DNA of 64,000 nt. Origin: Eledone cirrhosa. Its lineage: Eukaryota. The stretch is from positions 184,450,001-184,514,000 of the forward strand of contig OZ024742.1 in assembly GCA_964016885.1 (NCBI GenBank), given 5' to 3'. The position numbers were made by a program, and so were the translations under genes. This document shows, one piece after another, positions 51,160 through 64,000 of this stretch; positions within the stretch are counted from its first letter, which is position 1; the number at the start of each line of letters is the position of its first letter. The notes beneath the pieces were generated by a model that searched no databases, was not told the origin of the DNA, and saw nothing but the letters and a program-made list of their open reading frames with translations.

Positions 51160-51337
51160 GGTGAATTGGCAGTATCGGTGGAGGGTCAGACATGCTTTTC
51201 AGCATAGTTATGTCCCTTTACGATCTGAGTTCAAATCCGGCCGAGGTTAACTTTGTCTTTCATCGATACAGGGTCGATAAAAAAAAGTGCCAGTAATGTC
51301 CTGGGTTATTGCTGGCCTTGTTCCAAAAGTAATAACA
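51160..51337 (+). mobile_element. SINE with 17 bp TSD nested in the HHR element
   Basis: TSD attattactccaagaat at 51143-51159 and 51338-51354. Absent from the 5812-6147 copy. Confidence 0.85.
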
Positions 51338-51509
51338 ATTATTACTCCAAGAATAACCTGCATAGGAGTTCTTGCGAACTCGCTACCTAACTAAGGAAAC
51401 CTCTTGTTGAGTCAAACAACGCCGTACGTTAAAACTATCCACAATACAGAGTACTCGCAACCTCTAACTGGATTACCTATAACGATAACCTGTTATCCCA
51501 TATATATAT

Positions 51510-51846
51510 ATCATCATCATCATCATCATCATTTTACGTCCGCTTTTCCCTGCTTGCAAGGGTGGGACGGGAACTGATTCTGGCTTGATTTCTACAGCTG
51601 GATGCCCTTCCTAACACCAACCTCATTTACAGTGAGTGCTGGGTGCTTTTTTGCCGTGGCGCCTACACGTCCACTTTGCAGTGGAATGATATGGACCCCA
51701 GTCCCTACCATCTCATTTCTACAGCTGAGTAAACTGGAGCAATGTGAAATAAAGTGTCTTGCTCAAGGAAACAACACATCACCCGGTCTGAGAATTGAAC
51801 TCACAACCTTTCGATTGCAAGGCCAATGCTCTAACCACTAAGCCAT
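51510..51846 (-). mobile_element. tRNA-headed SINE
   Basis: Near copy of 27148-27465 with a (GAT)n tail. Confidence 0.8.
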
Positions 51847-51866
51847 GTGCCTCCATATATATATAC

Positions 51867-51935
<69 letters not shown>

Positions 51936-52272
51936 ATCATCATCATCGTTTAACGTCCATCTTCCATGCTTGCATGGGTTTGGACGGGAGTTTTCTCACT
52001 TGAGGCAAGATTGGTTGTCTTGCTCGTATAGGACTGTCTGGCGGGTTTTCTACGGCTGGATGCCCTTCCTAACACGAACCACGTTTACAGTGTGGACTGG
52101 GAGGTTTTTACCGTGTTACCTACACGGCCACATTACATATGTACACATATATGGACTTATTTTAAATCTATTGTGATTTAAACATATCCCACACTAATTT
52201 GGAGCTTCCAACAGAAATGGTCGCATTCTTTAAGGGTATGTCAATATTTATTTATAAAACTGATCTATATTA

Positions 52273-52337
52273 TATTTTATCTGATGAAAGCACACCATAA
52301 TTTAACTTGGTGTCCTTGAAATATGTATAATGAAATA
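52273..52337 (+). ncRNA. Type I hammerhead ribozyme
   Basis: tattttat-CTGATGA-aag c acacca..tggtgt c ctt-GAAA-tatgta-TA-atgaaata. Stem I is 8 bp. Confidence 0.82.
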
Positions 52338-52467
52338 AATATGGTTTTATAAATATAGTTTCCATTTGTTAATATCGTATTTTTACTCCAATAATTTGTT
52401 GAGTGCTTTATATCAGTTATAAAAATATTTGCTTGTTGTATCCCAACAATTTAAATAGAACTTCTAC

Positions 52468-52511
<44 letters not shown>

Positions 52512-52588
52512 CTGATGGTAGCTAAGATGCTTCCATAGGCGGTATGCCGGTTGAGCACTCTATGTTCTTACAGAGCAGAGTATGATAT

Positions 52589-52787
52589 AATATAAAACGA
52601 AATATCAGTGATGCATCTGAACTCAATTTATTGTGTGTTACGATTGTTTTGCCGGCGGACAGCTCGAGACATGATCATTGCGTGGATCTGTCTGATTCTG
52701 GATCCGCAGGTTCGAGCTGTCTGCCGGTGAAACAATCGTAACACACAATAAATTGAGTTCAGATGCATCACTGATTTTTCGTTTTAT

Positions 52788-52790
<3 letters not shown>
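52589..52790. repeat. Inverted repeat (~79 bp arms) containing an HHR 3' half
   Basis: Arms at 52589-52667 and 52712-52790. GAAA-caatcg-TA-acacaca at 52729-52747. Confidence 0.85.
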
Positions 52791-52860
<70 letters not shown>

Positions 52861-53384
52861 TATTCAAAATATTAACAAATGAAAAATATTCTCATAATCA
52901 AAATATATACTTTATTATATATATTTCAAAGATACTGTTATTTTTTCAGATTATTATTTACATCATTCTTAAACTCCGGGGCTGGAAATCATTTGGTTAT
53001 TTTAAATAGAATATTAGTCTAACGACTCCATTTATACCATAAACTTGACATTTACATCATAAACAAGAGTTTTTGCATGTTCATGCAAAGGTAATTGAGA
53101 CATTAACCAGTAACCAGTAACCAGTAACCAGTAACCAGTAACTGGTAATTGAGACATTAACCACTAATTGAGATCCTAAAAATGGAAAAACCCACAGTCA
53201 ACTGGGTCAAGGATACTTTGACTGCAGCCAATTAGAATTTTATCCTTCCTTCACCGATAACCATGTATTGCGTGTCTGAAATTATTGACTCAACTGTCAC
53301 GAGTTAACACTATGAAGACCTATTTTATTCCCTATTGTATAAATAATATTACAAATAAAAAAAAATGAAAAGAAAAAACAGAAG

Positions 53385-53860
53385 CGGGTAGCACACACAT
53401 CTAGGACCACATACAACACATAATCAGATAATACACACATCTAGGACCACATACAACACATAAGCAGGTAATACACACATCTAGGACCACATACAACACA
53501 TAAGGAGGTAGCACTCACATCTAGGACCACATACAACACACAGGCAGGTAATACATACATTTAGGACCACATACAACACATAAACAGGTAATACAAACAT
53601 CTAGAACCACATACAACACATAATCAGGTAATACATACAGCTAGGACCACATACAACACAATCAGGTAATACATACATCTAGGACCACATACAACACATA
53701 AGGAGGTAATACACACATATAGGACCACATACAACACACAAGCAGGTAATGTATACAGCTGGGACCACATGCAATACATAAGCAGGTAATACATACATCT
53801 AGGACTACATACAACACACAAGCAGGTAATACACACATCTAGGACCACATACAACACACA
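53385..53860. repeat. Minisatellite, about 40 bp x 12
   Basis: Unit caggtaatacacacatctaggaccacatacaacacataag. One more unit lies near 63603. Confidence 0.95.
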
Positions 53861-53861
53861 T

Positions 53862-55562
53862 TGTATCATGTGCTACAGACGACGCAAGAGCAATGGTCAG
53901 CCAACATAAGGGCTTCGTCATTCTTCTGAAGAGAGAAAATCTATCTGTATTTGCTGTTCATTGTGTCATTCATCAACAACACTTAGCTGCAAAGAAACTC
54001 AGCAAGCCGCTGAGCAAGTCCTTGCAGGTGGCCATTGAGGTCATCAATTTTATCAAATGGCATTCCCTCAATGAACGAATTTTCCGGCAACTGTACCAAG
54101 ATAATGATGAAGAATTCATCAAGTTACTCCTTCATACTGTAGTGAGGTGGCTTTCAAAGGGCAAGTGCTTTACTCACTTCTTTGAACTGTTCGACTCTAT
54201 CATTAAGTTTCTGCGAGGACGCAACACAGAACTGTACAAGAAAACCCTCGATGTGAAGCAAGACTGCGCCTACCTCACCAACATCTTCGACAAATGCAAT
54301 AGCGTCATTTTGGCTTTGCAGAGGAAGAAGGTCACCTTGCTTAAAGCAAGGAATGCTGTGAAAATATTCCTGGCCAATTGTTGACGGGAATTCTATAATT
54401 TTCCTAGTGTCGCCAATGTTCAAAACATTGTAAGCAATGACCAACTCCAAATTTATACCACTCACCTCTGTGTGCTACAAGACAACATGAGAGAATGGTT
54501 TGTCGACCTTTTGCCGATGGACATCCCAATAAGGATAGCAGATCCCTTCATAGCTAACGTCGACGATTTGGACATTAAATTTCAGGAAGAATTCATTGAA
54601 CTTCAAGCAGATGACATGATCAAAATTAGATTTCCCAAAATAGGTGAACCCCTTTTGGGGATGCAAGAGGAAATTCAGCGTTGATTTCCACACCTACATG
54701 CAGAGGCTAAGAGATTTGCTCTGCCTTTTCCAAGCTCATACTTAATCGAGAGGAGGTTTGGTACTGTTTCCAGACTGCAGTAAGTCTTGCAACCGCTACA
54801 ATGTAATTACACGTGGAGATCTCTGGCTACATCTTAGGAAATTTCAGCCTCACGTCAAAGAGTTAGCTAGACTCCATGAAGCTCAAGGGTCCCATTGAAA
54901 TGAGGTCAAAGTTAAAGTAAGTTGATTTATCCGCAAACTTGGATATGCTATTGTTACAAAGCAAACTAACAATTTTTTTATTTGTACTTGCAGTCTGCCT
55001 GGACTGGAAACCATCTAATTCAATTCACTTACTCATTTGTTGTATATATTTTACCATTTACTAATAAATATACCCTCCCGCGTGGTCATGAAAACCCTCT
55101 TCCGTGCTCTCTAAGCTCACAAAGCAGGGGGACATCAAGTTAGATATCAACATTTATTCTGTCTGTTTCATTAAAGGGAAAATTGGAAAGCTTTGAAATA
55201 ATATAATTGCCACTTTCTTCTAGATAAGAGCACTCTTGGGATAGACAGAGTTGCTCTTGTATAAATGTTCAAAATAGCTGGTATTGCCTGGTGGGAATAT
55301 AACAAATTCAACTGGTCCTTATTCATAAAAAAGAACATTTATGTTCCTTTTTTTTGAAATTTATATATTTCCTTTCAAGGAATGTATTTATACTCTCAGC
55401 TGCCTGCAATGGTATCTTTGGAATATTGTTAATCAATTTTTTAGTAATCTACTCATATCAAAATCAGCAGTATATTGAAAAATGGAAAAATAGGGTAGGG
55501 GGCATTTCGGGATTTCGAGGGACAAAAGGGGGCATTTGGCCTAAATGGGTTGAGAACCTGTG
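53862..55562 (+). mobile_element. hAT (Buster/Charlie-like) transposon, 3' half, decayed
   Basis: CATDDARAM, VHCVIHQQHLAAK, VRWLSKGK, FPSSYLIE and AQGSH-stop near 54898. TIR-like ggttgagaacc-tg at about 55547-55562. Confidence 0.88.
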
Positions 55563-56029
55563 ATTTAGATGGTTGTTTTGGCACCACAATAAAAAGCACC
55601 CAGTCCACACTGTAATGTGGTTGCTGTTAGGAAGGGCATCCAGCTGTAGAAACCAAGCCTAAATACAGATTGAGTAATACATGGTCTCCTGAGTTGACTT
55701 GTCTTATAATGGGACAACCTGTCTAACCCATGCTAGCGTGGAAAATGGATGTTTTACGATGTTGATGATATATATATGTATATACATATGTGTATGTATA
55801 TCACATATATGGTATATGTATATGCACGCAAATATATATATATAGGTATATCATTATCATGCTATGTGCATGTATGTATATATATATTTTTATATATATA
55901 CATATCATCATCATCATCATCTTCATTTAACATCCATTTTCCACGCTAGCATGGGTTAGACGGGAGTTGTCCCACTTGAGGCAAGGTTGGTCGGGTGAGC
56001 GTGTCTCGCTCATATAGGACTATCTGGAC

Positions 56030-56640
56030 GATGGTTGCGAAACACTATACGGCTTAATTCGGGATGTTTGTTTACAAACAAACCGAGCATTATAATAAAT
56101 GTTCGGTAAACCCATACGTACATATATATATATGTGTGCATGTATGTATATATATACATACTACTGTACGTCTGTATACATATATGTATGTACGTATACT
56201 TACTTATATTTAATTAACAGCCGTACTAAGAGTGAGAAATGAAATTCCGTTTCATTTTTTCCATTTATCGTTTTCGGTGCGCCCGGCCGACTAACTCACT
56301 CGATATGCAAATTAAGCTGCTCAGCCGTTAATATGCATAAGGAAAGTATATACTTTCAGACGTTCAATCATCTGGCAGGAAGGTATACGATGCTGACGAT
56401 AGCTAATAAGCTTGAAACTAGTACATTGTTCCTTTGTCAGTGTTGAACAAAAGGGCAACAATGGTTGCTAAACACTGTACGGCTTAATTCGGGCTGTTTG
56501 TTTGTTTACAAACAAACCGAGCATTATAATAAATGTTCAGTAAACCCATACGTACATATATATATGTGTGCATGTATGTATATATATATATATACTACTG
56601 TACATCTGTATACATATATGTATGTAACTATACTTACTTA
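56030..56640 (+). mobile_element. Partial-tandem HHR-bearing non-coding element
   Basis: 56030-56212 is repeated at 56461-56640, with an HHR between the copies. Homolog at 29353-29714. Confidence 0.78.
56388..56428 (+). ncRNA. Minimal type I hammerhead ribozyme
   Basis: cgatg-CTGACGA-t agct aata agct t-GAAA-ctag-TA-cattg. Confidence 0.85.
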
Positions 56641-56686
56641 TATATATATATATACAACATTTGGATGTACGTCTACATGTGAGAAA

Positions 56687-56778
56687 ACATATCTGAGGAG
56701 CTCCCAATTCCAGAGTCAGGAATGAAAATTATTTGATTGTTCCTCGAGCTGATCGGCAGTGAAACATGTGTAATATGT
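56687..56778 (+). ncRNA. Hammerhead ribozyme with enlarged stem II
   Basis: acatat-CTGAGGA-gct..61 nt total..agt-GAAA-catgtg-TA-atatgt. Confidence 0.65.
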
Positions 56779-57689
56779 AATTAAATATGTATATAAAACA
56801 ATACTGATTCTTTGTTCCCATTTATTACTATCATTGATACTCTGCTCCCCAAGAGCATCGAATGCTCATCTTGGCATACAGCCTGTGAACGCAATTCAAT
56901 TGCACCTCTACTACCTATATATATATATATATATATAAAGCAGCTCCTATTATAGTGTGTTGGATGCTGTAGTGAGATGGTGATGTATTGTGGTGTTGAT
57001 TCAGTTGTTATGTGTTCTCATTTTAGGATTGCTTAGTTATGTGGTCACTGCTGTGTAGAATGTAGTCGAAAGAAGATTGGTGTGTCTGATACAGTGTGAC
57101 CAGAGAAGGCGAGTGTGCAAGTAAGTGAGTAAGTGTTCATTATGTACAACTAACATCTGTGTCACATTGGTAGCTGAACCCACATATTAGCATTGAGTGC
57201 TCAAACTGGTGAACCATCAGTAACTGAACATTACAAAATCAATATACTAAATATATATATGCCACTTCTATATTGAATAATGGTATTTACACTCTGTTAA
57301 TATAGAGAGTACCTTTTCAATTGCGGTTACCCCTGTGACCATATAATCATATAGAAACTTGTACAATACATGTCTGAATGTAAAGTTTTATTCTTTTTTA
57401 TGACTTTTATAAATTTTTATAAAGTCATTTACAATTTTTCATGCCTTTCAGTCTTCTTCATGATGATGATTCTTTTAGATACAGGATCAGTTAATTATGA
57501 TTTTATTCAACATATTCCCCTCTCAGATCCACATGCTTATTGCAACGGTCCTTCAGTTTTTCTGAGCCCTGTAAAAAAACATGGAGGGTTGGGCCTCCAA
57601 CCAGGCCTCTTAAATACCCTTAAAGCCAGGAACTTTTCAGCACCCCTGATGTGTATATAAGCAGGAAAAAGCGGATGTAAAATGATGAT

Positions 57690-58630
57690 GATATATTCAT
57701 TTAAGTTTGGTGGTTTACCACTGGATAGACATGAATGCCTGGAGACCTAGCATGCAGACCTGATGAGGATGACAGAGAGATTACGCCTCATCAACACACA
57801 CTCAGCACTCTTCTTCATGTGGTACTGCTTTGCTCTCTTCAAATTCCTCTTTACACTACGTGGTGCACCTTGCCCCCCCCCTCTAGCAGATCGACTCATT
57901 GATTTTGATGCCACCATCCAATGCCAGGGCAAACTCATCAAACATTGTTTGCTTTGACAGTACCAGCTAGCAACAGGTGAAATTTCCTGTTAGATTCAGC
58001 GGCCTCGGCCCCCGATCACTCTCGTCTTAGCACTGTCAACCTATCTTCTTAATCTCATCCAGCTGCTCCTTCACCAACAAGATCCTTCGCAAGATGATAG
58101 AACCTGATGAGACTCAGGAAGTGGAGTCAGTTCTGGCTGACTGGACGAATGAAGGCCTTGCTAATCCCAGTGTACCAATGCCCAACATAACTGCATCATT
58201 ATCTTGCTGCCTTAGTGTCATGCTACTCTGAACAACATCATGAGAAGGAGCTGTGATGCAGCAGGTTTCCCATCACAATTGGTCCTTGTTAGCCTTGACC
58301 ATGGTGATGACAAATGCCCCAATGGATTAACCCTCTTTCCTTTCAAGAGGGGGCAAATCCCTAATTTGGGATGCGACATGCAGCGACTCATCAAGCCTTA
58401 TTACTTTGGCCACAAAACTGGGCTCTGCTGCCCACAATGTGAAGGAGAGGAACATAGTCAAATACTCAAGCCTGAATGACTGCTTCTTCTTTGCATCAGT
58501 CTGTGGCTTCCCTGGTCCCTGCACTGCTGATTTCCTTCATAAAGTTGGAAAGATGGCGGCCCAATTGAGGAGGGAGCCACGTGAAGTGGCTGTTGCAGCA
58601 GGTGTCTCTGGCCATTCCCCGTTGTAACAC
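57690..58630 (+). mobile_element. Highly decayed CRE-like retrotransposon 3' fragment
   Basis: [24 protein letters not shown] and IWDATC-DS. Homolog of 40030-41000. Confidence 0.75.
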
Positions 58631-59582
58631 CTTTGTTAGTTTGTCTGCCGGGCACGGTTGAGGCACCGCTCAAACTAGAGTGTAGTATCTGTCCCTCCCA
58701 CTCTCCCTTCCTTTCACTGCTTGATCCTTTTTTTCTTTTTCATTTCATTTCCTTCTTTTTTTTTCTTCCTTTTCTGCATGCTTTAATAGTGTGTTTTGTT
58801 TTTATTAGATTCTGCTCAATTATCTTTATATAATGTCAATGGCTTTTCGCAACATTGTGAGATTTTATGCTTGTTTTTCATTTCAATTATTGTATAAGAT
58901 TAACTCTCAACATCCATTCAGGAAATAAATAGGTCAAACTATTTAATTAACCATCTTTATTGTCCTCTTTTACAGTTGGATGACACTTCTTGAGGCAGTG
59001 TTCTATAGTCAGATGCCTTTTCATAGACCAACATCATCTTCTACTTCCATTTTAGTTTCTATAGCTGGATGCCCTTGCTAATTCCAACTACTTTACAGCA
59101 TATATTGGATTTTATCATGATACCAACACTACCACTTTGCAAAGAGTACTTAATTGCATTGTATTCTGGTAGCAGTACTGCTAATTTACAATGTGTACGC
59201 GGTGCAATTTATCATGGCACCAGCAGCACTACTGTTTTACAGCCAGTACAGGGTGCAATTTTTCATGGCACTAGCACTATAATTATACGTGTACAGGGTA
59301 CAGTTCATCATGGCACCATCGCTACTACTTTGTAAGTGTACTTGGTTCATTTTAATGTGACAGCAACACTAGGAGAGACACCATATATATATACGAGCGT
59401 GAGACTCTGTGTGTGTACATCTTGACGAATTAGCCTTTGGCTCAGCAAAAATCTTATACAAGTCAACCAAGATACATATAATATATATGATTCTGCTACA
59501 TGTATGGAGTCTCCTCGTTAGTAAATGTTTGTTGTTATATATATTCCTATAGATTTATATAAGATGATCTTGTCTTTTATAC

Positions 59583-60132
59583 TGTAGCAGGAGTTGCCTC
59601 CCTTGTTGTGACACTCACATCCCCAATAGATTAACGCTCTCTAGACAGGAAGTAGAACCCTTTCTATAACTTCCGGTCAGAACACTCTAAAACTAATAAC
59701 GTTAAGCTCCCTATCTCTCATTTGCCTTTTCGGCTTCTGGCCTTCGCCAGCCGTCTCCTGCCAGGCGCGTTCACCTGGCAACCAAAACGGTAACTAATAA
59801 CTTTGCTTCATTCTCTCATCTATTCATTGACATGTCAAATACACTGTTCTATTTAATCAACAATTTGGTGGATATATAGAACAGTGTAGTTGACATGTCA
59901 ATGAATAGATGAGAGAATGAAGCAAAGTTATTAGTTACCGTTTTGGTTGCCAGGCGAACGCACCTGGCAGAAGACGGCCAGAAGCCGAAAAGGCAAATGA
60001 GAGATAGGGAGCTTAACGTTATTAGTTTTAGAGTGTTCTGACCGGAAGTTACAGAAAGGGTTCTACTTCCTGTCTAGAGAGCGTTAATCTATTGGGGATG
60101 TGAGTGTCACAAGGGAAGCAACTCCTGCTACA
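59583..60132. mobile_element. 550 bp fold-back element with TGT..ACA ends and 4 bp TSD
   Basis: Arms at about 59583-59852 and 59877-60132. atac at 59579-59582 and 60133-60136. Confidence 0.88.
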
Positions 60133-61385
60133 ATACCTTGACATCAAATGAACAGTAACGACAGGTATCTGTAACCTGATCACATATATAAAAACACTCA
60201 CAGGTAGATTAATTGCATATTTATCATCATCATCATTTAACATCCTTTTTTCATTGGTGACAACACAGCAGTTTCTGCACAATTTTCGAATTCACTCACA
60301 AGATATGGTAAAACAGGGGTTATGGAAGAGGACTTTTTTTCTCTAAAGTGCTGCATAGTGAGATCGAACCCACAAAGGCATGGCGAAAAAGTAAAATTCT
60401 TGACTATGTGACTCTCCCCGAGTCTCTTTCAGAAACAACAACAACAAAAAATAGTTTAACATTTTTTTTTATCGGAACACTAAAAAAAAGAATGTACATG
60501 CTAAAAATGATGGTCCAAGGGAAATAACTCCATTATAAAATTGACATTGTATAAAATCTCTTCGATTGAAAAGAGAAAGGAATTAAATGAAAACAATTAA
60601 TTTATTCAAATTTTGGCACAATTATAACAACAACCCACCCATATGAATATGTTAATCTATTAATAAATCTCCTTCCAGTTGAAATGGAAATTATTTGATA
60701 CATTATATTGATTGTATTCATATTTAAATATCGGCAACATGATATATAGATGTGTATGTATGTACTGTATCTATGTAGTTGTGTATGTATTTCTGACGAT
60801 GATGATAGACTGTCAATTTCAATGACGAGCATTCAGCTGTTCCATCAACTGAACGTCCAATTTGTGAACGAACGCTTAATTGGTTGAGTATTCCACTGAC
60901 ACGTCTACTCTAAATGTAATTCCCAAGCAGACTCAGTGAGACCCAGTATGTGACATGGTTGGATGATTTAGTTAGATGCACAGTTCATCTGATACACTTC
61001 CATACAGTCTCTGTCTACACAATTCCACACATAATTCTTTGGTCAATCTTAGGCTATGGTAAAAATACTTGCCCAAGATGCCATTTAGAGGGATTGAACT
61101 TGTGACCCCATAATTGGGAAATTAACTTTTTAAACACTTAGTGATAAACACTTATGTATATCTAATCAAATTATAACAATACTTCTATCATACAATGTTT
61201 CTGAATTGCTGAGATGAGGAATTATTATTGTCTCTTATATTAAAGGTGGTGTATCTGTAGCTTTAAAAGTCTGTCACGCCATGGAAATGAGATGGTGAGA
61301 GTGTGTGTATAATAGAGAGAGAGAGAGAGGATGTTGGTGGTGGTGGCAACAACACCGAAATTGTTATTAAATCTAACTATTTTAT

Positions 61386-61416
<31 letters not shown>

Positions 61417-62329
61417 ATGTATGTATGTGTGAGTGTATGTGTATGACACAGAGAGAGAGTGGCAATGATAGTGGTGAATTCTTTTCTAAACATACATGCT
61501 ATGAAAATTATTCTTCATTCTCAAATTATAAATGAATAAAATATTCTATTTCAGTTGTTTCAGTCATTTGTTAAATTTATTTGATTTATTTTGTTGCATT
61601 GTATAGAAGTAATGAAGTACTGTATATTGTATTTTTGTTTATATATATGTATCAAGTACAAGTCGAGTTAAGTAACACCATGTCGTTTGCAACTTTCAGC
61701 CAACTGATTCTACATGTGCCAGTTGTGACTCCACTTCCAGCCCAGCTGTGCATGTCAATCCTGTTAATGAAAATAATGAACAAGAGAGTTGACAGCATGC
61801 ACCTTTGGTGGAGTCAGACTCTCGCATTGAATGGTTTTGATTTAGCACTATTTAACCGAACACAAATACTCAGGCATTCGTATGGAGATTTAGGATATTA
61901 GTATCAGTGTATATATATTATCAAGAATGACAATAAATGCAGGTGAGTGTTGTGACATGTTTTACTTCACAGAAGTCAAATAAATTAATATAAATAATTG
62001 TTACCACATGTTGATGGTCAGTTGGTCACAACTCCCAGACTGGAGTGTGTAGAGAAGAACAGAAATCTTCTCTTGGTAAGGTTCAAGTGTTTCTTTAGGC
62101 TGCCGGTGCAGGAAGTGAGACAGGAGTCATCTCTTGACAAGGTCTGAGGTGTTCTTCTTGTTGCGGCAAAGGAAGTGAGAGAGATGCCTTGATTGTCCTC
62201 AAATATATAGTCCTCCAGGGGGACGCAACTCCATTTAGTACATGGATCTACCACTGGGAGTCATGACCGTCACAAAGGGACGCAACTCCTATACGTATCT
62301 GCCACTGGGAGTTGCGACCGTCGCAAAGG

Positions 62330-62572
62330 GGCGCAACTCCTGTACGTGCTGAGTTACAGCCGTAAGGGGCCGCTACAGAGACATCAGGGCAACAAGAAGC
62401 TGACCATCGATCCCACACTCCTGGAGAATTTTCCACAGCAGCTCCTGTGGAACGCGGTCATATGCCTTTTGAAGGTCTACAAAGCAAGGATACACCTCTT
62501 GGCAGTACTCTTTTGATTTCTCAAAGACCTGCTGCAGTATGAATATTTGGTTGGCTGTGCTGCATCCAGGGC
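62330..62572 (-). mobile_element. RTE-like LINE RT fragment
   Basis: STANQIFILQQVFEKSKEY..CFVDLQKAYDRVP..LWKILQECGIDGQLL. Confidence 0.8.
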
Positions 62573-64000
62573 AAATTGATGATATGTATTGGTTGTAGAT
62601 AATTGCAATAGGTAACCAATTTGTACATCTGTTGGAAAGCGAATGTGTTTTATCCAGGGCGAAAGTGATTTCCCTGATCACATTGCTAGGTTTATGGAAG
62701 AACAACGAAAACACCTGCATTTATATGAGATTTATTGTGGAGTATTTCATGACGGAAACACATGATTTAACATTTTGTTATAGCCAAAAGACATGAACAA
62801 CAATCAATGAGGAAAGAATTTGTGTCACACAAGGAATGTGTGTGAGATATGTTTGGGTAGGATGAATGTATGTGTGCAGTGATAAAGGTAACTTGCCTTA
62901 CAGAAGTGGCTGGCTGCTATTTCTTGTGGTCCCGCCAACAGGCAGAGCCGAGAAATGTTGCTTGTGACTACATGGCTCTGGTACCTTGGTTCAACTGTGT
63001 TATCTAGAAAATGAGTGTGTGTATTAATGTGTTGTCTCTAGGGTTTTGATGTATGGCAGATGATCTGCCAATGTCGAAAAGAAAACAGACTCTCTGTCTC
63101 CAACCAACAGAAATGTCATAGGTAAGGTGTGTTGAAGAAAGACAAGGAACACACGAAGTTTAAAACAATACTGCTAAGATATGCCATAGAATATACATCT
63201 ATGTGTATTCTATGGCATATTCAAAATAAATAGATGTACATTTTCAAATATTTGTGCATTTATAAAATTTCTTTACATATATGTTTGTTAACTTTACATC
63301 ACTTTATTAAATTTGAAATTTGTATAACACTTTGAACAATAATGATAAATAACGGAATACCTTTCAACATAAACTTACATATAACTCAATAAGAACACTG
63401 TAGTGTTTCATGTGATCAACTTTTTTATAAAATAAAATTGCCTCTTTGCCATTTGCTCATAGCCAGATTTTTCGGAAAAGATGGGCTTACACTGATTCTT
63501 TGAGCAGGAAAATCATTAAGAACTTGAAAAAGTGTTATTAAAACGTCCTGACATATAAATGTAATTAATATTATGAATAACATTACAACTACGTTTTAAA
63601 AACACACAAGCAGGTAATACATACATCTAGGGCTACAAACAGCAAAAGGCAAGCAAGATTGATGGACAAACGAACTGCTGCTAGAACAAAAGATAACTTA
63701 TTTCGCAAGATCCAACTTGAATGTCCTGTCGAATTATGCGGCTGTTTTTCTAGTTTTGTGAAAAACTGACATTATCTTGTCAAATTTTTATCTTATTTCT
63801 ACATAAATTGACAAAAAAAAGCAGCTATTGAAAATCAGCTATCCTGTAAAATCAAAGAAAAATAGTTTGATTATTAAGCAATTGGTTGGCAGAATGTTTA
63901 GGAAGGTAAACAAAATATCAGATTGTAATTAATTGTACTTAAAACCATAGCAAATTTGACTTTGCCTTCACCCACCTGGGGTAATAAATTAAGTACTAGA

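Noticed and set aside
53385-53860. Regular repeat array resembling CRISPR
   Set aside because: The units are contiguous ~40 bp repeats without unique spacers, there are no cas genes, and the context is eukaryotic. It is a minisatellite.
57760-57792. CTGATGAgg..cctcatca hairpin
   Set aside because: No GAAA box, and it is part of a decayed RT coding region.
58099-58134. agaac-CTGATGA-gactc..gagtc-a-gttct, HHR-like
   Set aside because: Stems I and II pair, but GAAA, stem III and the UH site are absent. It lies within a CRE-like coding remnant.

Overview
This window is eukaryotic, AT-rich and saturated with repeats. No host protein-coding gene could be supported. The SINE and RTE tails, (TA)n/(GAT)n microsatellites and transposon mix suggest an octopod cephalopod genome (inference). 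It is largely a nested transposon graveyard: RTE LINEs (one with an intact 3' ORF), CRE-like and CR1-like LINE remnants, a decayed Gypsy element, a complete non-autonomous LTR element with a tRNA-Trp primer-binding site (PBS), Helitrons, a mariner, hAT and piggyBac-type MITEs, SINEs and Penelope-like element (PLE) remnants. The strongest signal not visible in the ORF track is about 20 type I hammerhead ribozyme (HHR) motifs, intact, degenerate or half, from several unrelated sequence families. They were found by eye as CTGANGA..GAAA..UH with pairing stems. Many lie in non-coding fold-back or tandem units resembling PLE pseudo-LTRs or retrozymes. Also notable are a 550 bp TGT..ACA fold-back element with a 4 bp target-site duplication (TSD) and a twin-primed RTE insertion. 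All folds are by eye; none were computed.
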